DNA from: an uncultured Chryseobacterium sp. | GTDB lineage: Bacteria > Bacteroidota > Bacteroidia > Flavobacteriales_F > PHOS-HE28 | Direction of reading: 5' to 3' | Assembly: GCA_964559165.1 (NCBI GenBank) | Contig: CAZLGY010000005.1 | Span: 1-43,292 of the forward strand | DNA: 43,292 nucleotides | Part shown: positions 18,953 through 29,229 of the stretch, in pieces | How positions within the stretch are numbered: the stretch's first letter is position 1 | How the letters are laid out: each line of letters begins with the position of its first letter | Notes under the pieces: model-generated | What the model saw: only the letters and a program-made list of their open reading frames with translations | Told to the model about the DNA's origin: nothing | Database searches by the model: none | Program-made: the position numbers and the translations under genes

Positions 18953-20536
18953 TCACGCTTCCACCAGCACGGTGAAGAAGTGCTCCAAGGGATCAAGCTC
19001 GCGCTGAAGCAATTCCAAAAACGAGGCTCCGCGGTCGGAGAGCAGCGGCAGCATGTTCTCCTGACGCTCCTGCAACACGCCTCCCGGGCGCAGCGAATCA
19101 ACGGTGGCATCAAGATGGGCAAGCCGGTCACCGGCACGCCGCCTTGCCGCGCGCAACAGGGAGCGTTCCAAGCGTTCAAGCCCCCGTTGCGCAGATGCCT
19201 CACGGGCATCCACCGCGCCACGCAGGGTGGGATCGGCCGCGGCAACCGTTGCATGCAGTCGTTCATAGATGGCATGAAGAGCGTCCCGCTCCGCACCAAG
19301 CTCCGTGCGATGATCCACAGCTGCAGCAGCAACCTCGCGACGGACCATTGCCGGGTCGGCGAAGAGCGCCTCCGCCTGCAGGCCCAGTTCCTGCCATTGG
19401 CGCCAGCGCTTGGCGGGCAGGAAGGCGGCACTTGTGCGCAACAACAACACGGGCATGGGGATCCGCGTGGCTTGGAAAAGCCACCTCAGTTGAAGCCAGT
19501 AGGCCAGCTCACCAGCCCCACCGATGTAAGCCATGTTGGGAAGAACGGTCTCCTGGTACAGCGGCCTTAAAAGCACATTGGGCGAGAAGTCGGCCGGGTT
19601 CTCTTCCAACGCAGCGAGGATCTCATCGGCGGACCAGCTGGGCCCACCATCCGATACCCGGAACCGTCCCCCCTCCTCCACGATGCGGCGGCGGTGTCCG
19701 GGAGCCAGGTGGAACAGGTTGATGGGACGTGCGTGAGCCTGTCCTTCATACCCCGCGGGCAGGAGTTCGTTCGCATGCCGAACCGTGCGTTCGGCCACCT
19801 GGTGCAGCAATTCCTCCCGCATCACGGGGATGAACAGGCGCTTCAAGCGGGGATCGTCCCCGTCGATGATGAGCAGGCCTTGTTCACCGAACAGGGCGTG
19901 CAGGAGGAGGCGCGTGGCTTCCGCAAGGGTACGATCGGCGCGGTAACACGTGCGGATGAGCGCCGCATACCGGGCAGCATGTGCGCCTTCGCCCAAAGCC
20001 TGAACAGCCTCCTCCACCATCGGTTCGATGCCATGGAGCGGCAACCGCCCCACCGGGCCACCGGCAGCCCCGGGCCAGTGGATGCGCTCGCCCCGGAGGC
20101 AGGCATGGTCCACCTCGGCGCGGTCATGGTCCTCCGTGGCCATCCAGAACACCGGCAGCACCGGGCGCCGCAGGCGCTCGCCCTGTTCGCGGGCCATGCG
20201 GATCACGTTCAGGATCTTGAAAGGCACGTACAGGGGTCCACCGAATAACACCAACTGGTGACCCGTGGTGATGGTCAGCGCATCGGGTCGGGCAAGGAGG
20301 TCGATGTTGGCGTGCACCGCGGCAGTAGCCGTCAACCCGGCATATTGGTCGCGCAGCACTTCAACGAGCACCTGCCTCGAAAAGGGGTCGAAGGGCCGAT
20401 GTGAGGCGGCATGCAGTCCCTCCTGGTGGGGGGCATGGACATAATGATCGCGCAGGGCCGGCTCACCGCTCAGATAGGCTTGCACGAGCGGGGCCACCGT
20501 GCGGCTGTCGCTGTATGGTATCCGAAGCACCTCCAT
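18953..20536 (-). CDS. bshC: bacillithiol biosynthesis cysteine-adding enzyme BshC
   Basis: BshC-type N-terminus MEVLRIPYSDS..VQAYLSGEP and the conserved LFGGPLYVPFKILNVIRMA...PVFWMATEDHD block. I chose the start at ATG 20536 (527 aa). The upstream part of the track ORF overlaps a real plus-strand gene. Confidence 0.85.
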   Translation of the reverse strand: MEVLRIPYSDSRTVAPLVQAYLSGEPALRDHYVHAPHQEGLHAASHRPFDPFSRQVLVEVLRDQYAGLTATAAVHANIDLLARPDALTITTGHQLVLFGGPLYVPFKILNVIRMAREQGERLRRPVLPVFWMATEDHDRAEVDHACLRGERIHWPGAAGGPVGRLPLHGIEPMVEEAVQALGEGAHAARYAALIRTCYRADRTLAEATRLLLHALFGEQGLLIIDGDDPRLKRLFIPVMREELLHQVAERTVRHANELLPAGYEGQAHARPINLFHLAPGHRRRIVEEGGRFRVSDGGPSWSADEILAALEENPADFSPNVLLRPLYQETVLPNMAYIGGAGELAYWLQLRWLFQATRIPMPVLLLRTSAAFLPAKRWRQWQELGLQAEALFADPAMVRREVAAAAVDHRTELGAERDALHAIYERLHATVAAADPTLRGAVDAREASAQRGLERLERSLLRAARRRAGDRLAHLDATVDSLRPGGVLQERQENMLPLLSDRGASFLELLQRELDPLEHFFTVLVEA

Positions 20537-20543
20537 GCGCGTG

Positions 20544-20551
20544 CAAAGGTA
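20544..20551 (-). promoter_or_regulatory. -7 promoter box TAccTTTG immediately upstream of bshC
   Basis: The minus strand reads TACCTTTGcacgcgcATG, with only 7 nt between the box and the start codon. Confidence 0.35.
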
Positions 20552-20626
20552 GGCCTGTGCCTTCCCGCAGCGCTGCCGCTGATGCACGTCATTCCGCGTG
20601 TCCAGGCGGCCCCGTAGCTTGGCGGC

Positions 20627-21061
20627 ATGAAGCGAGCGCTCGTTCTGGCCGCATTGGCCTTCGGGGTGGCACAGTTCATCCGACCGGACACTTCCGTGTC
20701 CGCCAGCGATCCGGGGTTGGACCTCATCGCCCTGACGCAACCCGGGGACGAGGTGGCCGGCCTGTTGCGTACCGCGTGTTACGACTGCCATAGCGACCAG
20801 ACCGTCTATCCCTGGTATGACCGGATCACACCGGTGAACTGGTGGGTGCAGCACCATGTGGACGAGGCCCGGGCGGAGGGCAACCTCTCGGAATGGGGTG
20901 AACTGCCGGAGAAGAAGCGGAGGCATTTCGCTGAAGAGGCGGTTGAACTCATCATGGAAGGCGAAATGCCGCTGCATTCCTACACCTTCATGCACCCGGA
21001 TGCCGAACTGACGGAAGGGCAGAGACAGGTACTGTCAGGATACTTCGAGACGCTCAAGTAG
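20627..21061 (+). CDS. secreted haem-binding domain protein (Haem_bd / CxxCH)
   Basis: Signal peptide MKRALVLAALAFGVAQF and haem c motif CYDCH, followed by YPWYDRITPVNWWVQHHV, typical of the haem-binding domain family. Confidence 0.8.
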   Translation: MKRALVLAALAFGVAQFIRPDTSVSASDPGLDLIALTQPGDEVAGLLRTACYDCHSDQTVYPWYDRITPVNWWVQHHVDEARAEGNLSEWGELPEKKRRHFAEEAVELIMEGEMPLHSYTFMHPDAELTEGQRQVLSGYFETLK

Positions 21062-22373
21062 CGGGCACCACCTCCCCCACCAGTTCGTGTTCCCGGGCTG
21101 CGGTGATCCGCACCTCGGCGAAATCCCCGATGCGCAGGTAAGTGCCATCCAACGGCACCAGCACTTCGTTATCCACCTCGGGCGAATCGAACTCCGTCCG
21201 TGCTATGTAGTGGCCCGCCTCAGCCTTGTCCACCAGCACACGGAAGACCTTCCCCACCTTGGCCTGGTTCAGCTCCTGGCTGATCCCGGCCTGCAGTTCC
21301 ATGATCTCCTGGGCACGCTGCTCCTTCACCTCCGGGGGAACATCGTCCGCCATGGAATGGGCATGTGTGTCCTCCTCGTGGCTGTATGTAAAGGCGCCCA
21401 GACGGTCGAACCGCATCCGCTCTATCCATCGCAGGTTGTCGTCATGGTCCGCCTGTGATTCGCCGGGGAACCCACTGATGAGCGTGGTGCGGATGGCGAT
21501 ACCTGGCACCCTGTCGCGGATGGTGTTCACCAGCGCTTCGGTCTTCTCCTGCGTGATGCCGCGCCGCATGCGGGTGAGCATGCGTGTGCTGCCATGCTGC
21601 AGCGGCATGTCCAGGTAGTTGCACACGTTGCTGCGGTCGCGCATCACATCCAGCACTTCCATGGGGAAACCCGAAGGGAAGGCATAGTGCAGGCGTATCC
21701 AATCGATCCCCTCCACATCGCTCAGGCGGGCAACGAGCTCATCGATGTTGCGCTTCCTGTAGATGTCCAGTCCGTAGTAGGTGAGGTCCTGGGCGATGAG
21801 GATCAACTCCTTCACGCCCTGCCTGGCGAGGTTGCCCGCATTGGCCACAAGCTGTTCCATGGGCGTGCTCACATGCCGGCCGCGCATGAGCGGGATGGCG
21901 CAGAAGGAACATTTGCGGTCGCAGCCCTCGCTGATCTTGAAGTAGGCGAAATGGGCGGGTGTGGTGAGGAGACGCTCCCCCACCAGTTCGTGTTTGTAGT
22001 CCGCCTTCAGGGTCTTGAGCAGGCGGGGCAGATCGCGCGTACCGAACCACGCATCCACCTGTGGGATGCCATCCTTCAGTTCGGGCGCGTAACGTTGACT
22101 GAGGCAACCGGTCACATACACCTTATCCACCAAGCCCTGGTCCTTGGCATGGGCCCACGACAGAATGGTATCGATGCTCTCCTGCTTGGCGTTCTCGATG
22201 AAACCGCAGGTGTTGATCACCACGACGTTATGCCCATCGTGCTCAGCCTCATGCTCCACGGCGATGCCATTGGCCTTCAATTGGGCCATCATCACCTCGC
22301 TGTCGAAGGTGTTCTTGGAGCAGCCCAGGGTGACCACGTTCACCTTGGTCTTCTTGGTGGTGCGGGCTTTCAT
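21054..22373 (-). CDS. rimO: ribosomal protein S12 methylthiotransferase RimO
   Basis: N-terminal MTTase domain (VNVVTLGCSKN), radical-SAM CDRKCSFC (CxxxCxxC) and a C-terminal TRAM domain. It is 439 aa and lies immediately downstream of ftsY. Confidence 0.9.
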   Translation of the reverse strand: MKARTTKKTKVNVVTLGCSKNTFDSEVMMAQLKANGIAVEHEAEHDGHNVVVINTCGFIENAKQESIDTILSWAHAKDQGLVDKVYVTGCLSQRYAPELKDGIPQVDAWFGTRDLPRLLKTLKADYKHELVGERLLTTPAHFAYFKISEGCDRKCSFCAIPLMRGRHVSTPMEQLVANAGNLARQGVKELILIAQDLTYYGLDIYRKRNIDELVARLSDVEGIDWIRLHYAFPSGFPMEVLDVMRDRSNVCNYLDMPLQHGSTRMLTRMRRGITQEKTEALVNTIRDRVPGIAIRTTLISGFPGESQADHDDNLRWIERMRFDRLGAFTYSHEEDTHAHSMADDVPPEVKEQRAQEIMELQAGISQELNQAKVGKVFRVLVDKAEAGHYIARTEFDSPEVDNEVLVPLDGTYLRIGDFAEVRITAAREHELVGEVVPAT

Positions 22374-22378
22374 ACGTG

Positions 22379-23281
22379 CTACTTGAAGAGCGCCTCGGTG
22401 AACGCCTTTCTGTCGAACAGCTGCAGGTGATCGATGCCTTCGCCCACCCCCAGGTACTTGATGGGGATGTTGAACTGGTCACTGATGCCGATGGCCACCC
22501 CTCCCTTGGCCGTTCCATCGATCTTGGTAAGGGCCAGGGCCGTTACATCCGTGGCCTTGGTGAACTGCCGCGCCTGCTCAATGGCGTTCTGCCCCGTGCT
22601 GGCATCAAGCACCAGAAGCACTTCGTGGGGGGCATCGGGCACCACCTTGTGCAGGCGGCCGGCGGTATCGATGATGACCACGTCGGCACCGCGTGCCTTG
22701 GCGCTCTCCACCGCGTCGTAGGCCACAGCCGCCGGATCGGCGTTCATGCCCTGCTGCACCAGTGGCACGCCCACGCGCTCGCTCCAGATGCGCAGCTGGT
22801 CCACCGCAGCGGCCCGGAAGGTATCCGCAGCCCCCAGCACCACACTTCGGCCTTCCTTCTTGAAGGCGTTGGCGAGCTTGCCGATGGTGGTGGTCTTGCC
22901 CACGCCGTTCACACCCACCACCATGATCACATAGGGCTTGATGGCCGGATCCACGGGGGCGGGGTCCTTCATCAGGGCCGCCACCTCCTCGCGCAGCAGG
23001 CCGTTGAGCTCGGAAGTACTTACGTACCTGTCACGCTTCACGCGCTCCTGCACACGCTGGATGATGCGCAGGGTGGTTTCCACGCCCACATCACTGCTCA
23101 CAAGCACCTCCTCCAAGTGGTCCAGCACCTCCTCGTCGATGGTGCTTTTGCCGGCGATGGCGCGCGTGAGCCTGCCGAATAGCCCTTCGCGCGACCGCTC
23201 CAGACCCGCTTCGAGGGCCTGCTGTTCGGCCGCCTCCTGGGCCGCCTCCTTTTTCCTGCCGAAAAGTCCGAAGAACGCCAT
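22379..23281 (-). CDS. ftsY: signal recognition particle receptor FtsY (apparently missing about 17 aa after the DTAGR motif)
   Basis: N domain, then P-loop [26 protein letters not shown] and C-terminal [12 protein letters not shown]. The sequence reads [17 protein letters not shown], where relatives carry an extra helix. Confidence 0.9.
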   Translation of the reverse strand: [300 protein letters not shown]

Positions 23282-23294
23282 GGTCCGTATGCGT

Positions 23295-23326
23295 AGAAAG
23301 GCCTCCCCGACAGGAAAGGCCTTTCT
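23295..23326 (-). terminator. inverted repeat in the DUF4295-ftsY spacer (possible partial terminator or processing hairpin)
   Basis: AGAAAGGCC (23295-23303) pairs with GGCCTTTCT (23318-23326), a 9-bp stem with a 14-nt loop. The 3' arm ends CUUUCU on the minus-strand RNA, and no long U tract follows. Confidence 0.3.
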
Positions 23327-23346
23327 GGAGCGGGTTGAGGGAAGTA

Positions 23347-23502
23347 TTACTTGCCGCCGAGGAGCTTGTCCGCCTCGTCGCTGGCCATCACTTGCTCCAC
23401 GAAGGAGTAGCCTTTACCGCCTTCCTTCTTCATCATGCGGATCACCTTGGTGTAGGTCTTGCCGCCTTCTTTCTTCAGGGTAGCAACGGTCTTCTTTGCC
23501 AT
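23347..23502 (-). CDS. DUF4295 family small basic protein (51 aa), not in the ORF track
   Basis: My manual minus-strand translation is MAKKTVATLKKEGGKTYTKVIRMMKKEGGKGYSFVEQVMASDEADKLLGGK, with ATG at 23502 and stop TAA at 23347-23349. The position between rpmG and ftsY is conserved in Bacteroidota. Confidence 0.75.
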   Translation of the reverse strand: MAKKTVATLKKEGGKTYTKVIRMMKKEGGKGYSFVEQVMASDEADKLLGGK

Positions 23503-23557
23503 GTTCCATGCGCCGGAGCGCTCATTTTCGGGTTATCAGGATCGCGCAGGGAGCAGC

Positions 23558-23746
23558 TTATTTGATCTCCTTGTGCACCGTCATCCGGCGCAGGATGGGA
23601 TTGTATTTCTTCAATTCCATCCGCTCGGTGGTGTTCTTGCGGTTCTTGGTGGTGATGTAGCGGCTGGTGCCGGGGAGGCCCGAGGTCTTGTGCTCGGTGC
23701 ATTCCATGATCACCTGGATGCGGTTGCCTTTCGCTTTCTTGGCCAT
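23558..23746 (-). CDS. rpmG: 50S ribosomal protein L33
   Basis: [56 protein letters not shown] is a clear bL33 sequence. Confidence 0.95.
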   Translation of the reverse strand: MAKKAKGNRIQVIMECTEHKTSGLPGTSRYITTKNRKNTTERMELKKYNPILRRMTVHKEIK

Positions 23747-23770
23747 TGGAGCAGCGTGTTACGGGTTGGT

Positions 23771-24010
23771 TCAGGCTGTGAGGTATCCGTTGGCCTTGGC
23801 GCGCTTGAGGGCTTCTTCCAGCCCGATCTTGTTGATGGTGCGCAAACCGTTGGCGCTCACACGCAGGCTCACCCACTTGTTCTCACCAGCGAGGAAGAAC
23901 TTGCGGTCCTGCAAGTTGGGGGCGAAGGTGCGCTTCGTCTTGATGTTCGAGTGCGACACCTTGTGGCCGGTGATGACCTTCTTACCGGTGATCTGGCAGA
24001 CCTTGGACAT
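23771..24010 (-). CDS. rpmB: 50S ribosomal protein L28
   Basis: MSKVCQITGKKVITGHKVSHSNIKTKRTFAPNLQ..RVSANGLRTINK is a clear bL28 sequence. Confidence 0.95.
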   Translation of the reverse strand: MSKVCQITGKKVITGHKVSHSNIKTKRTFAPNLQDRKFFLAGENKWVSLRVSANGLRTINKIGLEEALKRAKANGYLTA

Positions 24011-24031
24011 GGCGTAACTGATTCAGGGGTG

Positions 24032-24039
24032 CAAATGTA
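24032..24039 (-). promoter_or_regulatory. -7 promoter box TAcaTTTG for rpmB-rpmG-DUF4295(-ftsY-rimO)
   Basis: The minus strand reads TACATTTGcac, with 21 nt between the motif and the rpmB ATG at 24010. Confidence 0.45.
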
Positions 24040-24090
24040 GGGGAATTTTCGGAACGGATGCACGTCCTGTAAATTGAAGGGCCATCGCCT

Positions 24091-25344
24091 TCATGATCGA
24101 AGCAGCCGCAACCTCAGCAGATTCAATGCGGCAAGGGCACTGCGACGGATGACCAGGTCACGGCTGCCCGGGAAGAAGCCATCATGGGAGCGCACCCCGT
24201 CCGGACCCGCCACCGCCATCCACACGGTCCCCACCGGTTTCTCGGCGGTACCGCCATCCGGACCCGCCACTCCGCTCAGGGCCACGCTCCAATTGGTCCG
24301 CAATGCCTCCCGGACGCCCATGGCCATGCGTTCCACCACCGGCTTGCTCACAGCACCGTTCAGTTCGAGCATATCGCTGGGAATGCCCAGCTCCTCCATC
24401 TTCACTGCGTTGGCATAGCTGACCACCCCGCCGGTGTAGTACGCCGAACTGCCCGGCACCCCGGTGATCAGGTGGCTCACGAAGCCGCCTGTGCAGCTCT
24501 CCGCCAGCGACAGGCTTTGCCCACGCTCCTTCAGCAGCCGGCCCACCACCTGCTCCAGCCGCTCCTCCCCTTCACCGAAGATCAGCTCGGGAATGAGGCG
24601 ATAGAGCTGCCCCGCCTTCGTGGCCACCCGTTCGGTCGCCGCCGTGGGGTCATTGTTCGCATAGGTGCTCAGCCGCAGTTTCACCAGGCCCGGACTGGGC
24701 AGGTAGGCCAGCTTGATATCGTCGGCGGCGAGGCTGTCCTCCCACGCAGCGATGCGCTGGGCCAGGTGGCTCTCCCCAAGCCCTGTGGTGAGGATGGTGC
24801 GGTGAACGATGGTGGGCGGGTGGAAGGTCTCGCGCAGTTCGGGCAGCACGTGCTTCTCCATCATCGCCTTCATCTCGTAGGGCACCCCCGGCATGCTCAC
24901 GAACACGCGCCCATCGCGCTCGAACCACATGCCACTTGCCGTGCCGCGGTCGTTGGGAACCACCTTGCACGCCTCCGGCAGGTCCGCCTGCGCCAGGTTC
25001 ACCTCCAACGGCTCGCGGCCGATGCTTCGGAAGAACGCCGCAATGGCCGCCTCGATGTGCGGGTGACGCACCAACCGGGTATCGAAATAGCTGCACAGGG
25101 TGTGCTTCGTAATGTCGTCCTTGGTGGGCCCCAGCCCCCCGGTGATCAACACCACATCGGCACGTGCAGCGTCCAGGGCCTCCAGGATGGCCGTACGATC
25201 GTCACTGATGGTCAGTACCTGCCGTGCACGGATGCCCACCAGCGCCAGCTGTTCCCCCATCCATCCCGCATTGGTATTGCTGGTCTGCCCGATCAGCAGT
25301 TCGTCCCCGATGGAGATGATATCGGCCGTGATGTCCTTGCTCAT
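24091..25344 (-). CDS. cinA: competence/damage-inducible protein CinA (MoCF-binding domain plus NMN amidohydrolase domain)
   Basis: N-terminus ADIISIGDELLIGQTSNTNAGWMGEQLA..LITGGLGPTKDD and a C-terminal PncC-like ESCTGG block, 417 aa in total. Confidence 0.9.
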   Translation of the reverse strand: MSKDITADIISIGDELLIGQTSNTNAGWMGEQLALVGIRARQVLTISDDRTAILEALDAARADVVLITGGLGPTKDDITKHTLCSYFDTRLVRHPHIEAAIAAFFRSIGREPLEVNLAQADLPEACKVVPNDRGTASGMWFERDGRVFVSMPGVPYEMKAMMEKHVLPELRETFHPPTIVHRTILTTGLGESHLAQRIAAWEDSLAADDIKLAYLPSPGLVKLRLSTYANNDPTAATERVATKAGQLYRLIPELIFGEGEERLEQVVGRLLKERGQSLSLAESCTGGFVSHLITGVPGSSAYYTGGVVSYANAVKMEELGIPSDMLELNGAVSKPVVERMAMGVREALRTNWSVALSGVAGPDGGTAEKPVGTVWMAVAGPDGVRSHDGFFPGSRDLVIRRSALAALNLLRLRLLRS

Positions 25345-25478
25345 GGCACAAAGGTCGGCAGCCGGGGCGTTGGGACCTCCGCGTGAACGTGCCCAACGAT
25401 GGCACGAGCTGCAGCGGCATGCACGGCATCAACCAACGTCGCTGTACGCGTCAGGTCCGGCCGGCATCATCCTTCGCC

Positions 25479-28400
<2,922 letters not shown>

Positions 28401-28487
28401 GGGATCGACGTTGGGGACGTGAAGGTGGCAAAAAACAAGGCAACGGACGGACCGGGAGGGCATCGGGAAGGCCGCATGGGATGCCCC

Positions 28488-29069
28488 CTACCCGTGCATG
28501 GTGGCGGACCTGCCATAGCGTGCCACCACATCCGCCTCGAAAGCGAGGAACTCCTTCCAGCGGGCATCCACGTCCACCCTGCCACCGTACCGACGGGCAA
28601 ATCCGATGAACGTGGTGTAGTGCCCCGCCTCACTGACCATGAGCGCCCGGTAGAACTCCTGCAGCTCCTCATCGTTCACCTGCTCCGTGAGCACCTTGAA
28701 ACGCTCGCAGCTGCGCGCCTCGATCATGGCGCTGAACAGCAGGCGATCGACCAGACGGTCCTCGCGGGTGCCGTCCTTGCGCACGAATTGCATCAGCTCG
28801 TTCACATAGTTATCGCGGCGCTCCGGACCAAGTTTCCAGCCACGTGCATGGATGCGGTCCACCACCTGGCGGAAGTGGTCCAGTTCCTCTTGGGCGATAC
28901 GTGTCAATTCGGCAACCAGGTCGCTCAGCTCAGGGTGCCGGACGATCATGCTGATGGCATTGGACGCGGCTTTCTGTTCGCACCAGGCATGGTCGGTGAG
29001 CAGTTCGGGCAGGTCCTGGCGCACCAGTTCGGCCCAACGGGGATCGGTGGGTAGTTGCAGACCGAGCAT
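28488..29069 (-). CDS. miaE: tRNA-(ms2io6A37)-hydroxylase MiaE (non-haem di-iron)
   Basis: MiaE-type sequence LPTDPRWAELV..LLTDHAWCEQKAASNAISMI...AQEELDHF...MIEARSCERF...SEAGHY carries the paired ExxH-type di-iron ligand motifs. The start is set at ATG 29069 (193 aa). Confidence 0.85.
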   Translation of the reverse strand: MLGLQLPTDPRWAELVRQDLPELLTDHAWCEQKAASNAISMIVRHPELSDLVAELTRIAQEELDHFRQVVDRIHARGWKLGPERRDNYVNELMQFVRKDGTREDRLVDRLLFSAMIEARSCERFKVLTEQVNDEELQEFYRALMVSEAGHYTTFIGFARRYGGRVDVDARWKEFLAFEADVVARYGRSATMHG

Positions 29070-29184
29070 GGATGCAAAGGTGGGGAGCCGTTCCTTACGT
29101 CGTATCGATGAAGCCACCGCCCTGTCTGAACGCCTGCACAAGGGGGCACAGACCGGGGAACGGGCCGTCACGAAGGAGCGTCAT

Positions 29185-29199
29185 AATAGATGTTCTCTA
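29185..29199 (+). promoter_or_regulatory. ATAG-N7-CTAT palindrome, candidate OxyR/LysR operator in the miaE-oxyR divergent region
   Basis: ATAGatgttctCTAT matches the OxyR half-consensus ATAGnnnnnnnCTAT and the general LysR T-N11-A box. It lies 31-45 nt upstream of the oxyR ATG in a local AT-rich patch. A further ATAG is at 29216-29219. Confidence 0.4.
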
Positions 29200-29229
29200 T
29201 ATTTATCCTCCATCCAATAGTACTCTCAC

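Noticed and set aside
20537-20995. N-terminal 153-aa extension of the bshC track ORF. Similar extensions occur on rny (6691-6819), guaA (14717-14872), the LysM gene (13170-13289), the M16 gene (28401-28463) and miaE (29070-29171).
   Set aside because: The extensions have no homology-like features. They overrun neighbouring genes or promoter boxes, and the bshC extension overlaps the real haem-binding gene. Internal Met codons give family-typical lengths, signal peptides or ATGA couplings.
24184-25386. 400-aa ORF on the plus strand opposite cinA.
   Set aside because: It is antisense to a full-length, well-conserved CinA and has low-complexity His/Gly/Ala/Arg-rich sequence.
28427-28487. Hairpin GGGCATC..GATGCCC right after the miaE stop, with a T6 run about 25 nt further on the minus strand.
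   Set aside because: The loop is long and the U-tract is not adjacent to the stem, so it does not meet intrinsic-terminator geometry. I left it uncalled.
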